Origin: Bradymonadia bacterium
GTDB lineage: Bacteria > Myxococcota_A > Bradymonadia > REDH01
NCBI GenBank assembly: GCA_047629415.1
Contig: JBLHWZ010000004.1
Location: forward strand, 1-61,753
Direction of reading: 5' to 3'
DNA: 61,753 nucleotides
Notes under the pieces: generated by a model
Databases searched by the model: none
Told to the model about the DNA's origin: nothing
Seen by the model: the letters and a program-made list of their open reading frames with translations, nothing else
Part shown: piece by piece, positions 29,425-39,866 of the stretch
Numbering within the stretch: the stretch's first letter is position 1
Layout: each line of letters begins with the position of its first letter
Program-made: the position numbers and the translations under genes

Positions 29425-30330
29425 CTACTCCGGGCAGGTCCGCTCGCGCCACGCACACACGCCGACCTCATCGCGCTCGCAAAGCGGGCCGCCCAGACTG
29501 GCGTCAGAGCAACGAACGTTGATGCCGGGCGATGTGCCGCACTCTTCGTTGGAGCAGGCCGTTGCGGGGTCGACGCACCATCCGAAGCAGACGTCGCAGG
29601 CCGGGCACTCCGGATCGGAGACGCAGAGATCGCCTGCGTTACAGGCCATCTCCTCGGGGCAGTCGCCCGAGCCATAACAACTCAGGATTTCCTGCGGGCA
29701 CTCTCGAATAAACCACTCGCACATGTCGGGGCTGGTCCGGACGCAGACCTCGCCGGCGGACGAGCCGTCGGGGCAACGCCAGGGTGCAACGGCCCCGTCT
29801 TCGATTCCACACTCGGACTCCTCGCAGAGAGAAGGCTCCCAGTCGGCGTCAACATCTCCAACATCGTCCGCGTCGTCGTCTACGACATCGGGCTCGTCGG
29901 GTTCTACGTCTGTTACGACGGGGTCCTCGGTCGGATCAGAGTCGACGTCGGATGCGGCGTCTCCAAGCCCGATGTCCTGCGGCGTTGTCGCCGAGGCGAT
30001 GCAGGTTCCGTTGATGCAGGCGCTTGTCTCATCGCACTCGCTGGAGTCGTCGCAAAGCATGCCGCAGATCGCGGCCTCAGGCGACTCGCAGCTACTCGCC
30101 GTCGCCGGATTGAAGCAGAGCGCGTCACCGCACTGCGACGTCGAGTCACAGGGACGCGTGCAGAAGCCGCACTCGCAAAGAAGTGAGCCGCACTCGGAGT
30201 CTGACTCGCAGGCGACGAGCCAGTGCGAACCGCTGTCGAGGTACGGGTCGTCTGCTCCGCCGCTCGAGCATGCGGCGAGCAAGAGCGCGGCGAACGCCAC
30301 TGCGATTGTGAGGGGTTGTGACATACTCAT
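29425..30330 (-). CDS. Cys-rich lipoprotein
   Basis: LLLAAC lipobox; CESDSECG-type modules; Asp-rich linker; ATGA overlap with the upstream gene. Confidence 0.85.
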   Translation of the reverse strand: MSMSQPLTIAVAFAALLLAACSSGGADDPYLDSGSHWLVACESDSECGSLLCECGFCTRPCDSTSQCGDALCFNPATASSCESPEAAICGMLCDDSSECDETSACINGTCIASATTPQDIGLGDAASDVDSDPTEDPVVTDVEPDEPDVVDDDADDVGDVDADWEPSLCEESECGIEDGAVAPWRCPDGSSAGEVCVRTSPDMCEWFIRECPQEILSCYGSGDCPEEMACNAGDLCVSDPECPACDVCFGWCVDPATACSNEECGTSPGINVRCSDASLGGPLCERDEVGVCAWRERTCPE

Positions 30331-31298
30331 TCCTCTGTCATCTCCTCGTTCGTCGACTGTCCGAAGTAGAAGCTGACTCGGGTAAACTCATCCGGTCGCT
30401 GGTGGGTCTCGTTGAATCGGTGCACTTCTTCAAGAAACTGATCGGTTTCTGTGCGCTGCTCCCTCAATAGGCCTCGAGCGCGCTCCTCGTACGGGTGGCC
30501 CGGCCAAACATCAAAGGAGTAGGTGCTGCCGCCAGTTTCATCGGCCCGGCGCGCGGTCGTCTCACCTGCCTGGAGCTTGCTCGCAATGGCGCGAACCACG
30601 GCCTGATAGTGGTCGAAGAGGGCGGCTTCCCAGCCGTTCGGCTCGTCGTATGCAGTGAAGAACGCGTTGCACTCGTACGACGAGTTGGCCCCTTCGCCTA
30701 GCATCCTTATCCGGCCGTCGGCGACCAGTACCTCGAGGGCGAGGTCGATCTCGAGCGATTCCAGGCGGAGTTGCTTGTTGAGTTCATCGCGGTTGAGGGG
30801 GCCTTCGCGGTAAACGCAGACCCAGACGAGCGCCGTCGCGTCGCCGCTGCTCTCATTCTCGTCGTCCTGAGAAGCACGGTAGGCGGTCGTGTCTTTTCGG
30901 CCACGTTTGTAGAGCAGGCCAGAGCCCACCAAGTCGTCGAGCACTCCGCGAACAGTGCTCTCGTCGTCGTAGCGGAACCGTCGCAGGACCTCCGCTCTCG
31001 GAACGACCTGTTGCTCTTGTACGAACGAGAGAACTGCCTCCCAGAGCGATCGTCCGTGCTCGGTTCGGCTCTCTGCCAGCCGCTGCACCTTACGCTGGTA
31101 AGATCGGAGCGCGAGGCCAAACATGTCTGCGATGACCCGTTGTCTAACGCCTTGGGACTCCAGCTCGGTGACGAGGTCGAGGAACACGTCGTTTGCCACA
31201 TGCGCAAGCGGCGCGCGCAAGCCCGCCGTCGTCGAGAGCTGCGCGACCAACACCATGTTCTGACGCACAATCGCGTCGATAAGGACTTTAACATTCAC
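30327..31298 (-). CDS. Putative HTH/winged-helix transcriptional regulator of unknown family
   Basis: GTG start 31298; HTH-like QRVIADMFGLALRSYQRKVQRL and two wHTH-like segments (VLDDLVGSGLLYKRG, ALEVLVADGRI). Confidence 0.7.
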   Translation of the reverse strand: MNVKVLIDAIVRQNMVLVAQLSTTAGLRAPLAHVANDVFLDLVTELESQGVRQRVIADMFGLALRSYQRKVQRLAESRTEHGRSLWEAVLSFVQEQQVVPRAEVLRRFRYDDESTVRGVLDDLVGSGLLYKRGRKDTTAYRASQDDENESSGDATALVWVCVYREGPLNRDELNKQLRLESLEIDLALEVLVADGRIRMLGEGANSSYECNAFFTAYDEPNGWEAALFDHYQAVVRAIASKLQAGETTARRADETGGSTYSFDVWPGHPYEERARGLLREQRTETDQFLEEVHRFNETHQRPDEFTRVSFYFGQSTNEEMTEE

Positions 31299-31334
31299 GC
31301 TGACGACACTAATCGAGCTCGCTGGCGGAAGGGA

Positions 31335-31430
31335 GCGACAAAATTGCCGCACCCTGTTTTCACAGCATTGGGCCGCGGATCTCAAATTTCTGAGACATGA
31401 TCGCGATCTTGGGTGCGACGTTTTTGTCGC
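31335..31430. promoter_or_regulatory. Pair of 16-bp palindromic operator-like sites
   Basis: GCGACAAAATTGCCGC (31335-31350) and GCGACGTTTTTGTCGC (31415-31430), 80 bp apart in a divergent intergenic region. Confidence 0.6.
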
Positions 31431-31503
31431 TGGATAGGCTTTCCCGTACGTGTCAGCATCTCGACCGTAACCAATGTGTCCACCCACTCCCGGGAACTTC
31501 GTC

Positions 31504-33912
31504 ATGAAACGCTCGCCTATTAAACGCTTCGCTCTCTGTCTTGTCTCTATGGCCGGATGGATGGTCCTCGCCGGTGCCGATGGCGATGGGTGCAACTCAG
31601 ACTACACGCCGCCAGAGGGCTGCCCCGAGATCTACTCGCCCGTTTGTGGCGCAGACGAGGTCACGTACGGCAATGCATGCGAAGCCGGCCTCGCCGGAAC
31701 GACGGTCGCCGCCGAAGGCGAATGCGAGATCGTGACGTGCGACTGCCCGGCGGTCTTCGATCCAGTCTGTGGCGTTGATGGCAACGACTACGGCAACTCC
31801 TGCGAGGCGGGCTGCGCAGGCGTCGAGATCGACTACTCCGGCGAGTGCAGCGAAATCTGCATCTGCCCCGCGATCGATGCGCCAGTGTGCGGTACCGACG
31901 GTGAAACGTACGGCAACAGCTGCGAGGCAGCATGCATCTCGGTCGAGGTCGCCTACGATGGACCTTGTGACTCAGACTGCCTCTGCCCAGACATCTGGGC
32001 TCCCGTCTGTGGAGCCGATGGTGAGACCTACGCCAACGGCTGCGAAGCTGACTGCGCGGAAGTCGCCGTCGTCTCCGACGGTGAGTGTAGCGAGGCCTGT
32101 GAATGCCCTGAGATTTATGCGCCCGTCTGTGGCGACGATGGCTTGACCTACGGCAACGGCTGCGAGGCAGCATGTGTCGCGGTCGAGGTTGCATACGAAG
32201 GTGAGTGCGAGGAAATCTGTGGATGCCCGGAGAACTGGGACCCGGTCTGCGGAACGGACGGCAACACCTACGGCAACGAGTGCGAAGCTCGTTGCGCTGA
32301 CGTTGGCGTGGAGTTCCCCGGCGAGTGCGGTGAGACCTGCGCTTGCCCCGCGGTCTTCGACCCGGTCTGCTCGGTCGACGGCATCACCTACGGCAACGCC
32401 TGTGAGGCTGGCTGCGCGGGTTCTGATATCGCTCACGAGGGCCCCTGCGACGACCCGTGCCTCTGCCCCGACGTGTGGGATCCGGTCTGCTCGGTGGACG
32501 GAGTCACCTATGGCAACGCCTGCGAAGCGGGCTGTGAGGGAGCGGATATCGCTAGTGATGGCGCATGCGGCGATGAGTGCACGTGCCCCGATGTGTGGGC
32601 CCCGGTCTGTGGTAGCGACGGCGAAACCTATGGGAACCGCTGCGAAGCTTCCTGCGCCGATGCCGATGTCGATTACACAGGCGAGTGCCGCTCGCCCTGC
32701 GACTGCCCCGACATCTACGCGCCCGTCTGCGCCGCTGGTGTCGATGGCCCGGTTACTTTGGGGAACGCTTGCGAAGCTGGCTGTGAGGAACTGCGGGTCC
32801 TCTATGAGGGCGAGTGTGAGGAGCGCTCATGCGCCAGCTCAGAGGACTGCCCGGATGGCGAAGTATGTGACCCAATCGACTTCGAGTGCCGCCCATACTG
32901 CGCGGTCGACTGCCTGGTCCCGGAACCGGTTTGCGGAATCGACGGAACTACCTACTGGTGCGGCGAAGAAGACGCCCGCTGTGCAGGCGTTCTTGTTGCC
33001 TACGGCGGTGAGTGCCGTGAAGAGTGTGACTGCCCTCGCGAGTGGGCGCCCGTGTGCGGTGAGGATGGCAATACGTATAGCAATCCGTGTGAAGCTGATT
33101 GCGCTGACGTCAGAGTCATTTACGAGGGCGAGTGCGAGCTCGATTGCGCATGCGACGACAGCTACGACCCGGTCTGTGCCGCTGACGGAACCACTTACTC
33201 CAACGCCTGTGAGGCACGCTGCGACGGCGCTGAGATTCTCTACCGTGGAGAGTGCGGGCCCGCGTGCGACGACACCGGTCGCTGCCCGGATGGCGAACTT
33301 TGTGACCCGATCACCGGAAGCTGTGAGCCGGGATGTGAGATCGCTTGCCTTGTCCCAGACCCAGTCTGCGGTACCGATGGAGTGACCTACTGGTGTGGCG
33401 CGCCTGACGCTGCCTGCCATGGTGTTGAAGTGGCCTACGACGGCGAGTGCCGCGAGGACTGCGTTTGTACCGAAATCTATGCTCCTGTGTGCGGTGTCGA
33501 TGGCGTCACGTACGGTAACGCCTGCGAGGCCGAGTGCGCCGAAGCGCGAGTCGCGTACGAAGGTGAGTGTTCTGAGGACTGCTTCTGTACGGCCGTATTC
33601 GACCCGGTTTGCGGCGAAGATGGGGTCACCTATGGAAACGGGTGCGAGGCTGCCTGTGCTAGTGTCGCCATCGCTTATGACGGCCCGTGCTTCGGCCCGC
33701 CGCATGAGTGCGAATCGAACTCGGACTGCGGCCGCGACGAGTACTGCGACCGCGACGAGTTCTTTTGCGCGCCAATCTGCGTAGTGAGCTGCTTGGTCCC
33801 CGACCCGGTCTGCGGCGACGACGACGTCACTTACTGGTGCGGCGAGGTCGACGCGGAGTGTCACGGCGCCTTGATCGCCTATGACGGACCGTGTGAGGAG
33901 CCGGCTCCGTAG
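31504..33912 (+). CDS. Secreted multi-Kazal serine protease inhibitor domain protein (17 Kazal-like domains)
   Basis: Signal peptide ending LAGADGDGC; repeated CxCPxxxxPVCGxDGxTYxNxCEAxC...GxC. Confidence 0.93.
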   Translation: MKRSPIKRFALCLVSMAGWMVLAGADGDGCNSDYTPPEGCPEIYSPVCGADEVTYGNACEAGLAGTTVAAEGECEIVTCDCPAVFDPVCGVDGNDYGNSCEAGCAGVEIDYSGECSEICICPAIDAPVCGTDGETYGNSCEAACISVEVAYDGPCDSDCLCPDIWAPVCGADGETYANGCEADCAEVAVVSDGECSEACECPEIYAPVCGDDGLTYGNGCEAACVAVEVAYEGECEEICGCPENWDPVCGTDGNTYGNECEARCADVGVEFPGECGETCACPAVFDPVCSVDGITYGNACEAGCAGSDIAHEGPCDDPCLCPDVWDPVCSVDGVTYGNACEAGCEGADIASDGACGDECTCPDVWAPVCGSDGETYGNRCEASCADADVDYTGECRSPCDCPDIYAPVCAAGVDGPVTLGNACEAGCEELRVLYEGECEERSCASSEDCPDGEVCDPIDFECRPYCAVDCLVPEPVCGIDGTTYWCGEEDARCAGVLVAYGGECREECDCPREWAPVCGEDGNTYSNPCEADCADVRVIYEGECELDCACDDSYDPVCAADGTTYSNACEARCDGAEILYRGECGPACDDTGRCPDGELCDPITGSCEPGCEIACLVPDPVCGTDGVTYWCGAPDAACHGVEVAYDGECREDCVCTEIYAPVCGVDGVTYGNACEAECAEARVAYEGECSEDCFCTAVFDPVCGEDGVTYGNGCEAACASVAIAYDGPCFGPPHECESNSDCGRDEYCDRDEFFCAPICVVSCLVPDPVCGDDDVTYWCGEVDAECHGALIAYDGPCEEPAP

Positions 33913-33931
33913 GCCTGCCTCAACGAACGCC

Positions 33932-33978
33932 AAAACGAAGAACGCCGAGTATGAAAATGCTCGGCGTTCTTCGTTTTT
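33932..33978. terminator. Bidirectional intrinsic terminator
   Basis: AAAACGAAGAACGCCGAGTAT-GAAA-ATGCTCGGCGTTCTTCGTTTTT: 21-bp stem (one G-U pair), GAAA loop, A and T tracts, between convergent genes. Confidence 0.9.
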
Positions 33979-34008
33979 AGTTTGACCTTCAAGCGACCGT
34001 CGCTGGTA

Positions 34009-34326
34009 TCAGCCCGCGCACCCGAACGCGCAGCTAGTCATGATGCCCGAACTGACCAACACCGCCGTGATCAGGGCCACAATGGTGTAGACGTGGTTCA
34101 TCGAACGGAAGTTCACGGTCCAGCCCGAACCGTGGGTCTTCGGGACCCAGCCACGTGGGTCAGCGGGGTTCACGTAGAACGCTCTCCAAACTAGGTGCCG
34201 CTTCATCTCCTGCTTCGAGAGAGCGGGACCGGAGCGCCCGAGGGAGCCAACGCAGAGGATGTGTAGGACCAAGAGCAAGGGAAAGACGATCGATGCGATG
34301 AGCGACGGAAACACGAGAGACCTCAC
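34009..34326 (-). CDS. DUF5808-like small membrane protein
   Basis: FYVNPADPRGWVPKTHGSGWTVNF motif between two hydrophobic helices. Confidence 0.7.
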   Translation of the reverse strand: MRSLVFPSLIASIVFPLLLVLHILCVGSLGRSGPALSKQEMKRHLVWRAFYVNPADPRGWVPKTHGSGWTVNFRSMNHVYTIVALITAVLVSSGIMTSCAFGCAG

Positions 34327-34380
34327 GTAGACGAGACGCCCTAGAAAGTGGGCGCCTTGGCCCCGCCGTCAAACCGATTC

Positions 34381-35114
34381 CTATTCGACGCAGACCGGGT
34401 CGAAGTCGAATGCGCTCTCGGAGTGGAAGAAGAAGAGGCAGTCGGAGCCAGCCGAGCATGCGGTCGCGTGCGCCGAACCAGCGGGGACGGACCAGTATCT
34501 GATGAGGCGCCTCCAGTTCGATGCCCTCCGCGAGCGCGCCTGTCTCGTCGACGAGTGGGGCGAAGTCGAACGCGTCGTCGGCGTAGAAGCAGAACCAGCA
34601 AACTTCCGGACCCACGCAGGTGGTACTGTGCTGTGACCCGCCGGGAACGTGCCACATTGAGCCTGGCCTGAGCACGATCTCGCAGTGTTTGTTCGACGCA
34701 TCGTCGTCGAAGAACACCTCGAGATCGGTTCCGAACGGATTGGTCAGTTGGCCCTGGATGACGATCCCATAGTAGCCGTTGGAGTGGGTATGGGGCGGCG
34801 CCGAGAACCCTGGAGGGAACGCGCCGATTGTTCCGTGTGCGCCCGACGTCGGTCGCCCCAGGCGTCGTGCATGATCGGACCCGACTCGGCGCCTCCCGAG
34901 GGTCGTAGACGGCGGCGGCGGTGGGATCGAAGGCGTTGTGGAGCTCCCCGTCGTCGATACGCAACGCCGAGCTGTTGAGGCTGAAGTCCGCGCCGTGAAG
35001 ACACTCGGACTCGGCTTCGGCTTCGGTCGCGCCGTCGCTGGCCTCTCCGCAGGCCGCGATCGAGAGGATTCCGAGTGCGAGGAGGAGGGATGTTTGTGGT
35101 TCTGATGAACGCAT
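34381..35114 (-). pseudogene. Frameshifted DUF4437-like cupin lipoprotein
   Basis: Lipobox SIAAC. Pieces in different frames: AWGDR / GAHGTIGAFPPGFSAPPHTHSNGYYGIVIQG...PGSMWHVPGGSQHSTTC / YWSVPAGSAHATAC..FFFHSESAFDF. Confidence 0.78.
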
Positions 35115-35223
35115 CGTGTGTGCTCCGTGTGGGTTGAGTTTCACAAACAAATTACGTCGGGCTGTTTGCCTCGGCCATGCGCGAAACGCCGGAGAAACTG
35201 CCCGGTCGTCCAGTCGGTTTTGG

Positions 35224-36136
35224 TTAGGCCGCGTAGCGCCGCCGAACGGCTCCTGGGCCCTCGTCGAACACTCGCTTGAAGGCTTTCGAAAAGGAAAACT
35301 CCGACTCGTAGCCAACCGTCTCCGCGATGTCCGGGATGTGCTGCCTTGACGAAATGATCAGTTCGCGCGCCCGGTGCATGCGCCAGACCGTAACGTACTG
35401 CATCGGGGACGTTCCCATCAGCCGCTGGAACGTTGCCGCGAAAGTCGAACGAGACATCGCAGCCGTGCACGCGAGGGATTCGACGGTTCAGTTGGCGCCT
35501 GGCCCGGTGTGCACGGCGGCGAGCGCTCGCGCGATCGACTCGTTGGCGAGCGCCGCGACGAACCCATCCGCCAGGTCCTTTTCAAGTGCGTAGGCGCGCA
35601 CGATCTGGATGAGCAGAATCTCGGCCAGCCGCTCGACGACCGCGGTTGTGCCAGGGTCGGTGCTCGCAGCGGCGGCGACCGTCATCTTGGTCGCCGAAGC
35701 AACGAGGGAGTCCGGGGCTTCGCGGACGACGAGGCAGTCGGGAAGCGCGCTCCACAGTGGGTGTGCGCCAGCGCGATCATACTCGAAGTGGCCGCAGATC
35801 ATCGTCGTGCGCGTTCCATCGCCGCCATACACGACCCCTGCGTCCGTATCGCGTCGAGTTCCGGTCATCAGCTCGCGCGCAGGCAGGGCATCCACGCTCC
35901 GGTCGTTCACCAGTTCGTGGGCGCTGCCCCGTGGGAGCAAACAAAGAGACCCGGTGTTAGCTCGACCGGACTCGCCAGAGAGGCATGTCGGAGCCAGCAC
36001 GCCCCCCCGTCACGATGTGAAAATTCGAGACATGTGAGTCGCCAAACTTCATGCCCCACGGTGCCGCGAAGTCAGCTTGGAAGTATGCAGTGCCTTCGAG
36101 GCGGACCGCGCGCAATACGTCAGAGAGGATATCCAT
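35224..36136 (-). pseudogene. AraC-family regulator (cupin_6 plus HTH) with a frameshift and an in-frame TGA
   Basis: MDILSDVLRAVRL..APWG..FHIV; frameshift near 36000; TGA at 35488-35490 at the conserved Trp of W-TVESLA; then MSRSTFA...VGYESEFSFSKAFKR. Confidence 0.88.
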
Positions 36137-36310
36137 CTCAGGAGTGTACGAGGGGGATACCGAGGGCGCCATGCCTCAGACGCCGAGTTTTCTGTCGGTT
36201 CGTCCGTCGGGCGGGGCCGAACTACCGGAGGTCGGTGACGAGTATGGGCGCCGTTCCTCGGCCCGGCCCCGCAAGGTCGCCAACCCGTCGCCGTCGGGCT
36301 AGGATGCCTA

Positions 36311-37315
36311 ATGGCAGTCGCGACCGTAGTACGCCCTGTGTTCGAGGCGAAATGTCGCGAATGGCAGGTCGATCCCTGGACCACCGAATTTGCAGTAGAA
36401 CTCGCGTTCTATGGGGAGGGCGTTCGGGCACGTCCCGGGGGTCTCTTTGTTTGGCCTGACCGAATTGAGCACATTTCCTACGACTCGGCCTCGAGCCTAC
36501 TTGCGAGAGGGGAGGGTGGGCAAACGGTCGACCTCGCGATGAGCGAGATTTCCGTCTTCGCACAGGTTCCCCTGCGTGACCGACATCGCGCGATGGCAGG
36601 CAACGTCGAGCGCATCTTCAGCCTTCTGGTCAGCGGAGAGCGGCGCATGTTCACGTTGGTTGACCACAGCCTCCGGTTCGAAGCGGTCGTCCGCTCCCTG
36701 ATGGCTGGCCCGACTCGAATCCGACCCGCCGCCATTCAATCCCCGACGCCCGCGGAAACCTCAAGGAATCCGAGGGCGTCGGTGAACAGGCTTCTGAGGT
36801 GCGCCTACGAGTGGTCGCGCCTGACTCAACTCGACGTGCAGTGCCAGGAAGAGATTCGTAGCTTCGGGCCGGACGCGGCCGATCGTGTCGTCGCCTCCCT
36901 CGTGCGCGCGACCCGGTCCGAATTCAAACATCTCGATACGCTCACCGAGATCGTCGGAGTCTACGTCCGTAGCCACCCGGATTCCGCCCGCGCTGCCTTG
37001 CTAGGCGCGGTGGACCCGAATTGTGTGCCACACGTTCTGGACGCGCTATCGGCCGTGCCCAACCTGGAGACGACTCGCGCTGTTCTGGAACGAGTTCCGT
37101 TCGCGTCCGCGAGACCCGCCGTTAAGATCGCGTTGGTGCAATACGTTGGCGACGCCAGGGACCCCGCTGCTCGCGAGGCCCTCGAGCAACTTGAGAACTC
37201 GGAGCTGGATGCCGCGGTGCGGAGCGAATGGGTGATCGCGCTGCACAACTGTTCGCTGCCGGTCCCGAGCGGGCTCACTCGCAGCTCACTCCGAACTCGA
37301 GACGCCAATCGTTGA
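36311..37315 (+). CDS. Hypothetical protein with HEAT-like helical C-terminus
   Basis: 334-aa ORF; ALVQYVGDARDPAAREALEQL. Confidence 0.55.
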   Translation: MAVATVVRPVFEAKCREWQVDPWTTEFAVELAFYGEGVRARPGGLFVWPDRIEHISYDSASSLLARGEGGQTVDLAMSEISVFAQVPLRDRHRAMAGNVERIFSLLVSGERRMFTLVDHSLRFEAVVRSLMAGPTRIRPAAIQSPTPAETSRNPRASVNRLLRCAYEWSRLTQLDVQCQEEIRSFGPDAADRVVASLVRATRSEFKHLDTLTEIVGVYVRSHPDSARAALLGAVDPNCVPHVLDALSAVPNLETTRAVLERVPFASARPAVKIALVQYVGDARDPAAREALEQLENSELDAAVRSEWVIALHNCSLPVPSGLTRSSLRTRDANR

Positions 37316-37466
37316 GTGTCCCGATGTTGCCGCCGATCGTATCCGCGATCTCGATCGTCCAGCTGCCGGTCGTGCTCTGGCAATCGAACGCGCGAAGCGA
37401 GTTTACATGCGGGTCCGTGTCGTCACAGTCGTGGCCGGACACGCTAGGGTGTCGTTCTCGTAGCAT
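37275..37466 (-). pseudogene. Remnant of a proprotein convertase P-domain
   Basis: SLRAFDCQSTTGSWTIEIADTIGGNIGTLNDWRLEF matches the P-domain C-terminus; N-terminal part is missing. Confidence 0.6.
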
Positions 37467-37551
37467 TCGGAAAACTGAATTTTAATCACCGATTGATTAG
37501 AATGCGATGAACTATCCGCCGGACTTCGTGCGCCGAACCGATCGAAGCGGG

Positions 37552-38520
37552 TTAGAAGCAGCGAACCCCGAAGAAGCCCTCATCCTCGCAGCCTTCATAG
37601 CCGTAGGATTGGCAGTCGAACTCCGCGATCTCACCGAAGAGACAGAGTGAAATCCTCGTTCCTTCGCAGGCGAATCCTTCTGCGAACGCGGGCGTGCAGA
37701 CGGCCTCGCTGCTCAGGCAAGAGGGGCCAGGGAACTCACCTCCGATGGGGACATCGAAGCAGGTGCCATCGCGCACCAGCTCGCCACACTCAATGCGGAC
37801 CTCTGATGCAGGAGCATCGCCGGAACCTTGCAGGCAACGAACGATTGCGTCGCCGTCGCAGCGGCCAAACGGATCGCAGAAGTCGAGCGAATCCTCGACC
37901 TCACAGGTGGCCCACGGCGTACAGTTTGCGCCGACGCAGCCCTCCTCGACGCAGGCCCCGTCTATGCGAGCGCACTCTATCACATCAATCCACTGGAACT
38001 GATCTTCGACCCATAGGCACTCTTGCATGAGGTTGCCGTCGCAGCGCCGTCCGGATCCTCCGCACTCGCCTGATGTGCGTTCCGTCTCGCAGACTCGGGC
38101 GTCTTCGCAGTTGTCGGCGTTGGAGAGACAAACGAGGAACTCACACCCTCCATAGGTCGCCGGTGCATATCCGTAGGTCAGCAGCTCCCCTGGCACGAAC
38201 CCGCGCGAGGCGTCGTCCATGACCCCTGCGATTGGGACCGCTAAACAAGCTGCTGCGCGAAGCCCGGCCTTCACTAGGTGGCCGTTCTGCAGGCCGCAGT
38301 AGAGCGCGTCGAGTTCCTCAGACCGCCGTGGTGTGTCAATCTCAGGTGCGGGTTCCAGGGCCGACTCTGTGGGTTCAACGTCGACAACCGTCGGCGCATC
38401 TGGCGCATCTAATCCGACGTCCGTTTCGACCGGCTCGTTCGGTGTCTCGAGCCAAAGCTGGGAGTCGGTACGTCCGCAGCCGGTGACCAGTGCGAATGCG
38501 AGGATGAACGTGCGAATCAT
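37552..38520 (-). CDS. Cys-rich lipoprotein
   Basis: MIRTFILAFALVTGC lipobox; repeated RCDGxxxxxC modules. Confidence 0.85.
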   Translation of the reverse strand: MIRTFILAFALVTGCGRTDSQLWLETPNEPVETDVGLDAPDAPTVVDVEPTESALEPAPEIDTPRRSEELDALYCGLQNGHLVKAGLRAAACLAVPIAGVMDDASRGFVPGELLTYGYAPATYGGCEFLVCLSNADNCEDARVCETERTSGECGGSGRRCDGNLMQECLWVEDQFQWIDVIECARIDGACVEEGCVGANCTPWATCEVEDSLDFCDPFGRCDGDAIVRCLQGSGDAPASEVRIECGELVRDGTCFDVPIGGEFPGPSCLSSEAVCTPAFAEGFACEGTRISLCLFGEIAEFDCQSYGYEGCEDEGFFGVRCF

Positions 38521-38740
38521 GTCGGACGGGATGCGAGGGAGCGCGTTCAACTCTAGCGGATTGTACCGGCCTAACCAACGATAGGGCCACGTCGACTCAC
38601 GCAGGATGAATCAGCGTATCAAGACGGCCACGGACCGAATGTCGCGACGCGCGTTTCGAGCGCCCGGTGCGCGGTGTAAGACGGTGACTCGAGCCGAAGC
38701 TGAGTTTTGGCGGGGGCTTGGACTCGTACGACGATGGCGC

Positions 38741-39386
38741 ATGGCCGACGATCGAGAGACAACGCCCGAGGAGATCAGCGCTTGGGTGGACAGCAGGAAG
38801 CTCGCGACCGTGCGAATCACCGAGGAGCGGGCGGGGCGCCGAAATGATGGGCATCGCGTGCGCGCGACTTCATTTGTGCCATCGGTTTCCAGCGGAAGTT
38901 GGTCCGATTGGGGCTCTCGAACGCCCGCGGCGATTGGGAAGAGCACGCGGCATAATCTCGAGTTCAAGGGCTATGGTTGGACGCACAGGTAGTGGCGAGC
39001 GCCTCGTTTTTTGACGATGCGGGCCATGATTGACGAGATCGACAGTGGACCGTTCCTTCGATCTGCAGAGCGCCTGAACGAGGCGCTCGCAGCATCGGAC
39101 GCACCCGATATGTTCACCAGAGGGCTTGCCGTGGCGGCGCGAGGTCACGCCCAGGCGACTACAGACGTCGATGCCTGCCGTGGAGGATCTGATCGTCCTT
39201 AAGGCGGCGGCGTTTCGGAACGTCGATCACGTCGCCCTGGCGCAGGCTCAGCATAATCCTGGGCTCGACATCGAACTGGTGCTGAGTAGGCTCCGCCAAA
39301 TCGTGGAAATTCGAGGCGATCTGGATCGCCTCGAAGAAACGCGGAAGCTGCTAGGCGGGAGCTTGTCCTACTTAGTGAGGCGGTAG
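38741..39386 (+). pseudogene. Degraded toxin-antitoxin-like pair (small ORF plus nucleotidyltransferase remnant)
   Basis: GLAVAARGHAQATTDVD (GGxA...RxTxDxD-like) is joined directly, out of frame, to VEDLIVLKAAAFR, implying an internal deletion. Small upstream ORF MADDRETTPEEISAWV. Confidence 0.55.
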
Positions 39387-39455
39387 CATCGGTCAGGCCA
39401 GAGCCTCAAGCAGGGTCTGGAGCCCCGAAGACGCGGCCCGAGACCAGCCGGAGCT

Positions 39456-39767
39456 TCAGCCCCCGACGTAGGCCTGTGCACACTCTGCGAAGCGCTCAAA
39501 CTCACAGGCGGATGCGGCTGGCACCGCCACCCACTCCTTCATCGAACGACCCTTCCCTGAGGGATCCCAGAGTTTCGCGCCTTCCGCTGCGAGCGCCTCG
39601 CCGTGTGCCGGAGTGGCGGGCTTGAAAACCACCGTTTCCAGATGCTGGGCGGCGAACGCCTTTCCGTCCACCTTCAGGCAGCGTTTGCCGAAGAGCTTAC
39701 CGGCGGTCACCGCTTCGGCGGTGCAGAGCGCAGATTTTACCGAGTCGAATCGTTCGATTGCGTTCAT
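39456..39767 (-). CDS. TfoX-N/YjbR-like small protein
   Basis: GKLFGKRCLKVDGKAFA...WDPSGKGRSMKEWVAVP. Confidence 0.7.
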   Translation of the reverse strand: MNAIERFDSVKSALCTAEAVTAGKLFGKRCLKVDGKAFAAQHLETVVFKPATPAHGEALAAEGAKLWDPSGKGRSMKEWVAVPAASACEFERFAECAQAYVGG

Positions 39768-39866
39768 TGGCACCTACAGGGCGGCCGCCAACAGAGCTCG
39801 CGCACCGATCGAGACGCTTGGAGCGCGTCCATTGGCCATCGGCCTTTGGACGCGCCGTCTTAAGAC

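Noticed and set aside
32174-33933. Long alternative-frame ORFs inside the Kazal gene
   Set aside because: By-products of repetitive, GC3-biased coding sequence.
26860-35490. Stop-codon reassignment explaining the in-frame stops
   Set aside because: The interruptions use all three stops (TAG, TAA, TGA), and all three also end intact genes normally.
35374-36459. 361-aa plus-strand ORF
   Set aside because: Arg-rich antisense shadow of the AraC pseudogene.
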